Shown here piece by piece: positions 46,564 to 55,347 of a stretch of DNA of 64,000 nucleotides. The position numbers and the translations under genes were made by a program. Position 1 is the stretch's first letter. Each line of letters starts with the position of its first letter. Origin of the DNA: Tagaea sp. (GTDB taxonomy: Bacteria; Pseudomonadota; Alphaproteobacteria; CACIAM-22H2); assembly GCA_965279525.1 (NCBI GenBank), contig CBDIIB010000003.1:224001-288000 (forward strand). Direction: 5' to 3'. Under the pieces are notes generated by a model. It was not told the DNA's origin. It searched no databases and saw only the letters and a list, made by a program, of their open reading frames with translations.

Positions 46564-47109
46564 CTAAGGCTTGAGGTACGCGAGACTCTCGTAGAGGGCG
46601 GGCTTCTTGTAGACGACGGACGACACGAGATGGTCGATGCTCCCGCTGTCCAGCGACAGCGGGAGCAGCAGGCGGTACATGTCGCGTTGCTCGCCGTCGA
46701 CGGTCCAGGTGATCTCCTGGAAATTCGGCACGCCCGTCACCTTGCAGGTCAGGTACTCGGCCTGGACCCACTTCGACAGGACCTTCGGCAGGTCCTTGAC
46801 CAACACGTCGCGGGTGTACTTGCTGCCGGAAATGAGATGGCTGCCCCACAGCTTCGAGCGGAACAGGCCGGGATCGTCAGCCGTCACGTCGACAAGCGTG
46901 GTGAAGCCGATGTTGCGGGTCTCTGCCAGCGTCTCGAACAGGACCGCACGATCGAGTTTGGGGTGGCGCAGCTTCGCGTGCCACGCGTCCAGCAGCACGG
47001 CCAACCGGTGCGCCTGCGGGAACATGTCCGGCCGCTTGTGCGACCACCGCTGGATGTGATCCGCCTTGCAGGTGAACGTGATGTCGTCGTCTTCGAGGAG
47101 CGCAACCAT
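46564..47109 (-). CDS. Hypothetical protein, PAS-like (PAS_5-type) single domain
   Basis: GGAAGGA RBS; LLDAWHAK, LVDV, FRSKLWGS, YRLLLPLS recall alphaproteobacterial stand-alone PAS_5 proteins. Confidence 0.6.
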   Translation of the reverse strand: MVALLEDDDITFTCKADHIQRWSHKRPDMFPQAHRLAVLLDAWHAKLRHPKLDRAVLFETLAETRNIGFTTLVDVTADDPGLFRSKLWGSHLISGSKYTRDVLVKDLPKVLSKWVQAEYLTCKVTGVPNFQEITWTVDGEQRDMYRLLLPLSLDSGSIDHLVSSVVYKKPALYESLAYLKP

Positions 47110-47247
47110 GCCGGTCCTTCCGTCGCCGCCCGCGACAAGATGTCCGAATGATGGCGATCCTACCCCGAAAACGCGCGTCGTGACAATTGCAGGCGGTCTT
47201 CGGCGAAGGCAGTTCCCGGAATCGGAACGCTAAAGTCGTAAATAAGA

Positions 47248-47892
47248 CTAACGAATATTTTGGACGGCTCCGCCAAGCAAATTTGACGGTGCGATTTCGG
47301 GTAGGGGCGTATCGCTTGTGGTTTCGGCGATTTCCGGCAACCATCCATTGCGTTCGATCTCGCACCCCAAGGCGTCACGGATCTCGCCATGCGTGAGGCC
47401 GCGGCGACGCCAGGTGCGCCTTTTCGTCTCGAGAAGGCTGAGGCGGATCGCCCACACCGTCCCGAACATGCGCCCGAGATAGGCGGCGAGCACGCTTGCA
47501 AGTCCGGGGGCAAGCCCGCCGGTCGACACGGTCAGCGTCAAAGCACCGCGCCGCACGACGGCCGGCGTGTGGAAGTCGCACAGGTCCGTCACGTCCTCGA
47601 CATTGACGAGCTTGCCGGCCGCGCGCGCGCGCACGGCGAGTGCGGCGGCATCTTCCGCCGCGAGGTCGGCCGCGTAGACGAGATCGAATGCGGCGAGATC
47701 GACGCCTGCCGGATCGGCGATCCGCAGGGTCGCACCGGCTGCCGCGACGAGCCCGGCATCCGGCGTGCTTGCGAACACCGCGATGTCGCGCGCACCGCCC
47801 TCGCGCAGCAGGGCGAGGCGGCGCACCGCGCGCGGACCTTCGCCGAACAGGGCGATGCTGAGGCGGGTGGCGTCGAGGACGATCGGGAGCAT
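47248..47892 (-). CDS. Precorrin-2 dehydrogenase / sirohydrochlorin ferrochelatase (CysG-B/SirC-like)
   Basis: MLPIVLD, LVNVEDVTDLCDFHTPAVVRRGALTLTVSTGGLAPGLA. Confidence 0.88.
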   Translation of the reverse strand: MLPIVLDATRLSIALFGEGPRAVRRLALLREGGARDIAVFASTPDAGLVAAAGATLRIADPAGVDLAAFDLVYAADLAAEDAAALAVRARAAGKLVNVEDVTDLCDFHTPAVVRRGALTLTVSTGGLAPGLASVLAAYLGRMFGTVWAIRLSLLETKRRTWRRRGLTHGEIRDALGCEIERNGWLPEIAETTSDTPLPEIAPSNLLGGAVQNIR

Positions 47893-48000
47893 GGGGTGGA
47901 ATATCCGCCCGGCGGGCGGGGCAGGGAACTGAGGAAAACTTGAACTGCACGCAAGAAGTTCTGATTCGGCGCGATCGGCGGGCGGGCCTAATGATGGCGC

Positions 48001-48528
48001 ATGCAGATCCTCGCCGAACGCACCCGCACCCCGTTTCCGGCCGCCCCGCTTCTTGCTGCCGAGATCTTCTCCGCCGACGAGATCGGCTGGGTGGGGGCAG
48101 ATGCCGACGTGCAGGCCGTGCTGCTTGGCACGACGACCGGGCCGCTGGCGGCAGCACACGCGCGCATCGCGTCGCTCGGCCGGATCGCCGCACATCCGCG
48201 GCTGGTGCGCGCGGTCGAAGCGCGCCTCGGCGGTGTTGCCGCGATCGCGCAGTCGGCCTATTGGCGCACTTGGGACGGCACGCAGGCCCTGATCGCCGAC
48301 GGCGAGGGTCAGGTGGCGCTCGTGTTCCTCGGCTGGCGCGGGCGCGTCGGCGGCACGGCCGCCACGCTCGGCGGCGTGCTGCTCCTCGATGCGGCACAGG
48401 CGGCCGGCCTGTCGGCCGAAGACGGCGCGCTTGCCGGCCCGTTTCTCGTCGTGCGCTACGCCGGCGAAGGGGGCGTGATCCCGGTCCTCGCCGACGATTG
48501 CCTGTGGCCGTCGGCCTGGTGCGTATAG
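48001..48528 (+). CDS. Hypothetical protein, degenerate PhyH/EctD-like
   Basis: IFSADEI, IAAHPRLVRAVE and IPVLADDCL match recalled N- and C-terminal segments of PhyH-family dioxygenases; no HxD...H triad. Confidence 0.55.
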   Translation: MQILAERTRTPFPAAPLLAAEIFSADEIGWVGADADVQAVLLGTTTGPLAAAHARIASLGRIAAHPRLVRAVEARLGGVAAIAQSAYWRTWDGTQALIADGEGQVALVFLGWRGRVGGTAATLGGVLLLDAAQAAGLSAEDGALAGPFLVVRYAGEGGVIPVLADDCLWPSAWCV

Positions 48529-48655
48529 GTTATTGTTCTTGACAACCTGAACGCGTTCCTTCACTTTCCAGACAGCGAAAGCGTGCTGTTTGACAAGTGA
48601 ATATGCAACGTAACGCCAGATGCAGTTCTGGTTACATGCAAGCCAAATCAAGGGG

Positions 48656-48686
48656 ATAAACAGGTTACCGTAACCAGTGGTAACCT
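48656..48686 (-). terminator. Probable intrinsic terminator of the cys operon
   Basis: AGGTTACC (48662-48669) / GGTAACCT (48679-48686) at the DUF934 stop, followed on the minus strand by GTTTAT. Confidence 0.5.
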
Positions 48687-49218
48687 ATTGGGCCGCGATT
48701 TTTTCCGATAGACGCTGCCAGCTTCGCAGGCCGCCGGCACTCTCGGCCGCTTCGTTCGATGCCGGCTGATAGTGACGATGCACGCCGACAATGTTTCCGG
48801 CCTTGAGGGCCGCCACCGTGCCGGCGTGCGCGATCGCCAGCGCATCGAAGCCCGCGCGAAGCATGAACAGCACCTGGTCGCGCAGAACGTCGCCCGCCGC
48901 GCGCAGTTCGCCGCGATAGCCCAACCGGTCGCGCAGGATGCGCGCGGTCGAATAGTTCCTGCCGTCGGCATAGCGCCCGAAGCGCAGCACGATCAGCCCG
49001 AAGCGCTGCACGTCGTCCTCGATGTCGGCAAGGCTCTCGCCGGATTCGAGCACGATGCCGATGGCGCCGTTGCGCCCGGCAAGTGCGGCGCGCTCGGCAA
49101 GGAAGCGGGCCTTGGGCAGTGCCACTTTGCCGTCGGCGGGCACCGGTTCGCCGTCGGCGGGGAAGGCCCAGTCGTCGGCCGCGAACGCGCCGTTGCGGTA
49201 GAGCTCAGGCGTCGGCAT
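48685..49218 (-). CDS. DUF934 family protein (sulfite reductase associated)
   Basis: FGRYADGRNYSTARILRDRLGYRGELRAAGDVLRDQ, RAGFDA, HYQP. Confidence 0.92.
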   Translation of the reverse strand: MPTPELYRNGAFAADDWAFPADGEPVPADGKVALPKARFLAERAALAGRNGAIGIVLESGESLADIEDDVQRFGLIVLRFGRYADGRNYSTARILRDRLGYRGELRAAGDVLRDQVLFMLRAGFDALAIAHAGTVAALKAGNIVGVHRHYQPASNEAAESAGGLRSWQRLSEKIAAQ

Positions 49219-50863
49219 AGAGCGCTTCCTGGAACGGCTTCAGGCCGACGCGGCGATAGGCGGCAAGGAACGTCTCGGCCGGATCGCGGCGCAGCGCCAG
49301 ATACGCGTCGACGACCTGCTCGACCGCATCGACGATCCGGTCGGCCGGGAAGCCGGGGCCGACGATTTCGCCGATGGCGCAGGTCTCGTCGCCCGAGCCG
49401 CCGAGCGTGATCTGGTAGAACTCCTCGCCCTTGCGGTCGACGCCGAGGATGCCGATATGGCCGACATGGTGGTGGCCACACGCGTTGATGCAGCCCGAGA
49501 TCTTGACCTTGAGCTCGCCGATGTCGTGCTGGCGCGAAAGGTCGGCGAAGCGCTCGGAGATGCGCTGGGCGACCGGGATCGAGCGGGCGTTGGCGAGCGC
49601 GCAGTAATCCAGCCCCGGGCACGCGATGATGTCGGTGACGAGGCCCGCGTTGGCCGTGGCGAGGCCCGCTTTGGTCAACAGGGTAAACATTTCTGGCAGG
49701 TCGTCGAGCCGTACGTGCGGCAGCACCAGGTTCTGCTCGTGGCTGACGCGCAGCTCGTCGAACGAGAAGCGCTCGGCGATGTCGGCGATCGCGTCCATCT
49801 GCGCCGACGTGGCGTCGCCGGGCGGGGCGCCGATCGGCTTCAGCGACACGGTCACGACGGCGTAGCCCGGCTGCTTGTGGGCCGACACGTTGCGCAGGAC
49901 GAAGCGCGCGAGGTCGGCGTCGGTCTTCGCCGCCGCGTCGAGCCTGGCCGAGCGCGCCGGCAGGTCGGCATAGGCGGGTGGGGCGAAATAGGCGGCGATG
50001 CGCGCGATCTCGGCCGCCGGCAGGTCGAGCGTCTTGCCCTGCAGGCCCGCGAACTCGGTCTCGATCGCGTCGGCTATCTCCTCGGTGCCCTTCTCGTGGA
50101 CGAGGATCTTGATGCGCGCCTTGTACTTGTTGTCGCGCCGTCCTTCGAGATTGTAGACCCGCAGGATCGCCTCGCAGTAGGCGAGCAGGTCCGCTTCGGG
50201 CAGGAAATCGCGCAGCTTCTTGGCGATCATCGGCGTGCGGCCCTGGCCGCCGCCGACCCACACCGCGAAGCCGATGTTTCCCTTCGCGTCGCGCTTGGCT
50301 TCCAGTCCGATGTCGTGCACCTGGATCGCCGCGCGATCATTGGGGGCACCCGTCACGGCAAGCTTGAACTTGCGTGGCAGGAACGTGAACTCGGGATGCA
50401 GCGACGACCATTGCCGCAGGATCTCGGCATAGGGGCGCGGATCGACCGTCTCGTCGGCCGCGGCCCCCGCGAAATGGTCGGCCGTGACGTTGCGGATGCA
50501 GTTGCCCGAAGTCTGGATCGCATGCATCTCGACTTCGGCCAGTTCCTCGAGGATCGCCGGCATGTCGGCAAGCTTGATCCAGTTGAACTGCAGGTTCTGG
50601 CGCGTCGTGAAGTGGCCATAGTCGCGGTCGTATTTGCGCGCGATGTGGGCGAGCTTGCGCATCTGCCGGCCCGACAGGACACCGTAGGGGATCGCGACGC
50701 GCAGCATGTAGGCGTGGAGCTGCAGATAGACGCCGTTCATCAGCCGCAGCGGCTTGAACTGGTCTTCCGTCATCTCGCCTGACAGGCGGCGCTGGACCTG
50801 GTCGCGGAACTCGGCCACGCGCTCGCGCACGAAGCCGAGATCGAACTCGTCGTACCGGTACAT
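49205..50863 (-). CDS. cysI: Ferredoxin-type sulfite/nitrite reductase hemoprotein
   Basis: MYRYDEFD start, LQLHAYMLRVAIPYG, FTTRQN, LPRKFK, CPGLDYC and SGCINACGHHH siroheme/4Fe-4S motifs. Confidence 0.95.
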   Translation of the reverse strand: MYRYDEFDLGFVRERVAEFRDQVQRRLSGEMTEDQFKPLRLMNGVYLQLHAYMLRVAIPYGVLSGRQMRKLAHIARKYDRDYGHFTTRQNLQFNWIKLADMPAILEELAEVEMHAIQTSGNCIRNVTADHFAGAAADETVDPRPYAEILRQWSSLHPEFTFLPRKFKLAVTGAPNDRAAIQVHDIGLEAKRDAKGNIGFAVWVGGGQGRTPMIAKKLRDFLPEADLLAYCEAILRVYNLEGRRDNKYKARIKILVHEKGTEEIADAIETEFAGLQGKTLDLPAAEIARIAAYFAPPAYADLPARSARLDAAAKTDADLARFVLRNVSAHKQPGYAVVTVSLKPIGAPPGDATSAQMDAIADIAERFSFDELRVSHEQNLVLPHVRLDDLPEMFTLLTKAGLATANAGLVTDIIACPGLDYCALANARSIPVAQRISERFADLSRQHDIGELKVKISGCINACGHHHVGHIGILGVDRKGEEFYQITLGGSGDETCAIGEIVGPGFPADRIVDAVEQVVDAYLALRRDPAETFLAAYRRVGLKPFQEALYADA

Positions 50864-50871
50864 GCTGCTTC

Positions 50872-51180
50872 CTAGTTCCTGGCGGCTTCGCCGTAGAGGA
50901 CCGTCGGGCCGTCGGCGCGGATGCGCTCGCGCAGGCGCGTGGGTGCCGGCCGGTTGCCGGTCATCGTGATCTCGACGAGCACGGGTTCGACGACAAGGCA
51001 CGAATCGTGGTCGGCGCGGGCGCTTGCGAGCAGGGCCTCCGCCGCTTCCTGCGTCACGACGATGTCGGCGCCCATGACGTCCTCGCTCCAGCGCCCGTCC
51101 GGGCGCCGGAAGACGACCGCACCGGTCCGAAGATCGTTCGCCGTGACCGCCAGCGCGCCGCTCGCCTGTGCCTTTGCCAT
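50872..51180 (-). CDS. DUF2849 family protein
   Basis: TANDLRTGAVVF, RLRERIRADGPT; canonical position upstream of cysI. Confidence 0.9.
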   Translation of the reverse strand: MAKAQASGALAVTANDLRTGAVVFRRPDGRWSEDVMGADIVVTQEAAEALLASARADHDSCLVVEPVLVEITMTGNRPAPTRLRERIRADGPTVLYGEAARN

Positions 51181-51278
51181 GAACCGCTTCCCGTTGGATG
51201 GAAGCCTACCCTGCAAGCGCGGTGCCCGGCCTTCAATCCAGAACTTCTTGGGGCGGTCTTTAGATTTTCTGTGCCCGG

Positions 51279-51737
51279 CTAGCCCGGCGCTTCGCCGAAG
51301 ACGACGCCCTTTCGGAACAGGAAGCAGCCATAGCCGCGCGGATCGCCGACCTGGACGATCGCATAGGCGGCCCTGGCTGCGTCGTAGAACGCGAAGCGCT
51401 CGATCCCGACGAGTTCGATCCGGCGGCCCGCCGCACGGTCGATCTCGGCTTGCACCGATTTCTGCACGTCGGGTACTGCCGCCGGATCGCCGACAACCTG
51501 CATGCGCCGGACCGGGTCGGTCGTGAAATCGTCGATCGGCAGGACGCTCAGGATCGCGCGCGCGGCCCGCGCCATCGAGATGCCGGGGAGCTCGATCAGC
51601 ATGCCGCTTGTCGTCGCGCGCGCGATGGCGGCAGCCGGATGGTTCGCGTCGACGAGCGCCACGTCGTCGCCATGCCCCATCGCGGCAAGGCAGTGCAGCA
51701 GGTCGGGCGTGAGGATCGGATCGATTCCCTTGAGCAT
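51279..51737 (-). CDS. RbsD/FucU family mutarotase
   Basis: MLKGIDPILTPDLL, MGHGDD, ERFAFY, YGCFLFRKGV. Confidence 0.93.
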   Translation of the reverse strand: MLKGIDPILTPDLLHCLAAMGHGDDVALVDANHPAAAIARATTSGMLIELPGISMARAARAILSVLPIDDFTTDPVRRMQVVGDPAAVPDVQKSVQAEIDRAAGRRIELVGIERFAFYDAARAAYAIVQVGDPRGYGCFLFRKGVVFGEAPG

Positions 51738-51743
51738 GGCTGT

Positions 51744-52580
51744 CTAGCGCCCCCGTCCGGAAAGATAGATGCGGCCCGCGTTGCCGCCGAAGATCGCGTC
51801 CCTTTCGGCTTGCGCGAGGCGGGACGTAAGGTCCATCGCCGCCGCGAACCACCGGTCATAGCCGCCGGCAAGATCGACGACCGGCCAGTCGCTGCCCCAC
51901 AGCAGCCGGTGGGGACCGAACGCGGCAAGCAGATGTTCGACGTAAGGGGCGAGATCGTCCGCCTTCCAGCCTTGCGCCGCTTCCGTCGCCAGACCCGAAA
52001 GCTTGCACACGATGCCCGGGCGCGCGGCAAGTGCGGCAATGTCGGCACGCCACGGTTCGAGCTTGCCCTCGCGGATGAAAGGCTTGGCGCCGTGGTCGAC
52101 GACGATCCGCAGCTCCGGATACCTGTCGGCGAAGACTAGCAGGCGGGAAAGATGACGCGGCCGCACGAGCGCGTCGAACACGAGCCCGGCGGATGCCGTC
52201 GCGCGAAGGGCCGGTGCCAGGTCGGCGCGCAGCAGCCAGTCGTCGTCGGCGATGTCGTGGACCATCGGGCGCAGGCCGACAAGCAGCGGATCGCGCGCGA
52301 GATCCGCGATGCGCGCCGGCGCATCGCCCGCCTGGAAATCGACCCAGCCGACGACGCCGGCCACGCTCGGGTCGGCGGCGGCGATCTCCAGCATGTACAG
52401 CGTCTCGGCGATCGTGGGTGCCGCCTGGACGATGATCGTCCGGTCGATCGCGTTGCGCGCGCGGATCGGCGCCAGGTCGGCCGGCCCGAAGTCGCGGTAG
52501 ATCGGCCCCTTGTCCGGCGTCAGCCAGCCATAGTCGCCGCGCGACAGCTTCCAGAAATGCTGGTGGGAGTCGATGCGCAT
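51744..52580 (-). CDS. Amidohydrolase-2 family sugar lactonase (L-fucono-lactonase-like)
   Basis: IDSHQHFW, GVVGWVD, VVDHGAKP, CKLSGL, WGSDWPV. Confidence 0.88.
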   Translation of the reverse strand: MRIDSHQHFWKLSRGDYGWLTPDKGPIYRDFGPADLAPIRARNAIDRTIIVQAAPTIAETLYMLEIAAADPSVAGVVGWVDFQAGDAPARIADLARDPLLVGLRPMVHDIADDDWLLRADLAPALRATASAGLVFDALVRPRHLSRLLVFADRYPELRIVVDHGAKPFIREGKLEPWRADIAALAARPGIVCKLSGLATEAAQGWKADDLAPYVEHLLAAFGPHRLLWGSDWPVVDLAGGYDRWFAAAMDLTSRLAQAERDAIFGGNAGRIYLSGRGR

Positions 52581-52585
52581 CGTCG

Positions 52586-53599
52586 CTACGCCGGCACGGG
52601 TGCGTCGGCGGCGAGCAGGCCCGCGGATTTCAGTTCCTGCCAGAGTGCGCCGGGCAGCGGGCGCGTCAACGCATGGCACTGCTCGGCGACTTCGCCCGGC
52701 GTGACCGCACCCAGCACGACCGAACTGACGGCCGGATGGGCAAGCGAGAACTGGAGGGCCGCTTCGTAGAGCCGCACGCCGTGCCGGCCGCAGACGGCTT
52801 CGATCGCGGCCACCTTCGCGAGGATCTCGGGCGGTGCGGGCTTGTAATTGTACTTCGCACCTGCGACCGGGCCGGTCGCGAGAATTCCGGAGTTGAAAAC
52901 ACCACCGAGCATCACGCCGATGCGCTTTTCCAGCGCGACGGGCAGGAACTCCGCGGCAGCCGGCTGTTCGAGCAGCGAATAGCGTCCGGCCAGCAGGACA
53001 GCGTCGATGTCGCCCGCGCGCGCGAAGCGCAGGCACATGTCGGCTTCGTTGACGCCCACGCCGATGGCACGCACGGTGCCGGCGCGCCGCAGCGTGTCGA
53101 GCGCGCGATAGGCGCCTTCCATCGCTTCGCCGAAACGGCGGTCGATCGCGTCTTTGCCGTGCGTCCAGACATCGACGTCGTGGATCAGCGCGATGTCGAT
53201 CTTGTCCACGCCGAGGCGCAGCATCGACTGTTCGAGCGAACGCATCGCGCCATCGTAGGAATAGTCGAACCGCGCGGCATGCCGGAGGCCGCCGACATAG
53301 CCCGATCCGTCGCCGGGCGGCCCAAGCGGGTCCATGACCCGACCGATCTTGGTCGAGACCGCGATGCCGGGCACATTCGCGCGCCGCAGCGCCGATCCGA
53401 CCCGGAGCTCCGACATCCCGTGGCCGTAAAGAGGAGACGTGTCGATCAGCGTGACGCCCCGGGCGATGGCCGCTTCGACGGCCGACACGGCGGTGGCTTC
53501 GTCGAGCCGCGCATAAAGATCGCCCAACGGTGCCGCCCCGAATCCGAGAACCGACACGTCGAGGGCAACGCGCCCGAGGGGGCGTCGTGCGAGCGTCAT
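52586..53599 (-). CDS. Aldo/keto reductase (D-threo-aldose/L-fucose dehydrogenase-like)
   Basis: GFGAAPLGDLY, DTSPLYGHGMSE, STKIGR, FDYSYDG, LAGRYSLLEQ, GGVFNSGILATG. Confidence 0.88.
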   Translation of the reverse strand: MTLARRPLGRVALDVSVLGFGAAPLGDLYARLDEATAVSAVEAAIARGVTLIDTSPLYGHGMSELRVGSALRRANVPGIAVSTKIGRVMDPLGPPGDGSGYVGGLRHAARFDYSYDGAMRSLEQSMLRLGVDKIDIALIHDVDVWTHGKDAIDRRFGEAMEGAYRALDTLRRAGTVRAIGVGVNEADMCLRFARAGDIDAVLLAGRYSLLEQPAAAEFLPVALEKRIGVMLGGVFNSGILATGPVAGAKYNYKPAPPEILAKVAAIEAVCGRHGVRLYEAALQFSLAHPAVSSVVLGAVTPGEVAEQCHALTRPLPGALWQELKSAGLLAADAPVPA

Positions 53600-53629
53600 C
53601 TGGCGTTTCTCCCGACGATTTTGAAACAG

Positions 53630-53643
53630 ACTAACATGTCAGT
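53630..53643. promoter_or_regulatory. Putative GntR/FadR-family operator
   Basis: Near-perfect palindrome ACTAACATGTCAGT in the divergent promoter, immediately before a TTGACT -35-like hexamer; a GntR gene lies in the operon. Confidence 0.6.
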
Positions 53644-53708
53644 ATTGACTCATCGGTTCCGGGCGGTCAACTTACGCCCATAAAAGCGTCCTCGAGGGGG
53701 AAACCGAA

Positions 53709-54605
53709 ATGTCGACCAAAGCCGATCGCATCGGACTGAGCTGCGCGCTATCGACGCCATTCACCGCCGACGGGCATATCGACCTGCCGCGCATCGTCGC
53801 GCACGGGCGCTGGGTGCTCGAGAACGGCGGCGACGGTCTGGCCGTGTTCGGCACGACGGGCGAGGGCGCTTCGATCGGCTTGCGCGAACGTCACTACGTG
53901 CTGGGCGCGTTCGCGGCCGCCGGCTTCGACATGAAGAAGAAGATCATCGCGGGCGTGACCGCCTCGACGATCGAAGATGCCGTCGAGCAGGCGCGCGCGG
54001 GATATGCCGCAGGTTGCCGCGGCCTGCTGATGACCCCGTCGTTCTATTTCCCGAACACGTCCGAAGAGGGCGTTTTCCGCTGGTTCGCGTCCGTGTTCGA
54101 AGCGCTGGGCGGCGAGCTTCGCGACGTGCTGCTCTATCACATCCCCAGCATGACCCGGTCGGTCATGACGCCCGACCTGATGGGCCGCCTGCGCGAGAAG
54201 TTCCCGGGCGCCATCCTCGGCATCAAGGACAGCAGCGGCGACTGGAATTCGAGCAAGGGTTTCCTCGACCGTCACAAGGACCTGCAGATCCTCGTCGGCG
54301 ACGAGCGCCAGCTTGCGCGCGCCGTTCAGAACGGCGGCAGCGGCACGATCTGCGGCCTAGCGAACCTGCGGCCCGACGTCCTTCGGCCGGCCGCGTGGGA
54401 CGGCAAGGACGACCCGAAGATCGGCGCACTCGTCGCCGCGATCATCGCCGACCCGTTCATGTCGGCCGTCAAGGCACTGATCGCGCACCGCACGGGCGAC
54501 AAGGCCTGGCTGCGCATGCGCCCTCCGCTGGAAGCACTGGACGACGCGAAGGCACGCGCCCTCGTCGAGCGGTTCGAAGCCGCTGCCGCTGCCAAGGCCG
54601 CCTGA
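53709..54605 (+). CDS. DHDPS/NAL-family aldolase or dehydratase
   Basis: TPF, GTTGEG, LLYHIP, GIKDSSG (Schiff-base Lys). Confidence 0.9.
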   Translation: MSTKADRIGLSCALSTPFTADGHIDLPRIVAHGRWVLENGGDGLAVFGTTGEGASIGLRERHYVLGAFAAAGFDMKKKIIAGVTASTIEDAVEQARAGYAAGCRGLLMTPSFYFPNTSEEGVFRWFASVFEALGGELRDVLLYHIPSMTRSVMTPDLMGRLREKFPGAILGIKDSSGDWNSSKGFLDRHKDLQILVGDERQLARAVQNGGSGTICGLANLRPDVLRPAAWDGKDDPKIGALVAAIIADPFMSAVKALIAHRTGDKAWLRMRPPLEALDDAKARALVERFEAAAAAKAA

Positions 54606-54610
54606 GGCCG

Positions 54611-55273
54611 ATGGCGGAGTCAGGTACAGAAACCCCGAAGCTGCGCGAGCGCGCCTACGACGCGTTCACGCAGAGCCTGCTGTCGCGCGAGATCATGCCG
54701 GGACAGTTCGTCTCGCAGCGCGAACTCGTCGAGATAACCGGCCTGCCGCTCGGCGCCATCCGCGAACTGGTGCCGCGGCTGGAAGCGGAGGGGCTGATCG
54801 TGACGGTGCCGCAGCGCGGCATGCAGGTGGCGCATGTCGATCTCAGCCTGATCCGCAACGCCTTCCAATTCCGCCTGATGCTGGAACGCGAAGCGGTGGC
54901 CACGTTCGTGCGCGAAGCACCCGACGGCGCCATCGGCCGCCTGCGCGAGGCGCATGAGCGCGTCCTCAAGGATGCCGAACGGCGCATCACGCCCGACGTG
55001 ATCCGCCGCGCCCAGCTCACCGACTGGGACCTGCACGACACGATCGTCGACTCGCTCGGCAACGAGATCGTGTCGAGTGCCTACAAGGTCAATTCGATCA
55101 AGATCCGCCTGATCCGGCAGGCAGAAGTCCGCCTCGACCCCACGCGGGTCGAGTCCGTGATGCGCGAGCATCTGGGCATCGTCGAGCGCATGGAGCAGCG
55201 CGACGTGGCCGGGTCGCAGGCGGCACTGGCGGCCCACATTCTCGACGCGCGGAACCGCGCGATGGGGGTATAG
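54611..55273 (+). CDS. GntR (FCD) family transcriptional regulator
   Basis: LRERAY, PGQFVSQREL, IRELVPRLEAEGLI, PQRG; FCD His residues (DWDLH, EHLGI, AHI). Confidence 0.92.
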   Translation: MAESGTETPKLRERAYDAFTQSLLSREIMPGQFVSQRELVEITGLPLGAIRELVPRLEAEGLIVTVPQRGMQVAHVDLSLIRNAFQFRLMLEREAVATFVREAPDGAIGRLREAHERVLKDAERRITPDVIRRAQLTDWDLHDTIVDSLGNEIVSSAYKVNSIKIRLIRQAEVRLDPTRVESVMREHLGIVERMEQRDVAGSQAALAAHILDARNRAMGV

Positions 55274-55347
55274 TCGGGAGAAGAAGAGTTCGATAACGCG
55301 GGCGAATGTCCGCAAACAAAAAGAATGCAACAGAGGGAGAGAACGAA

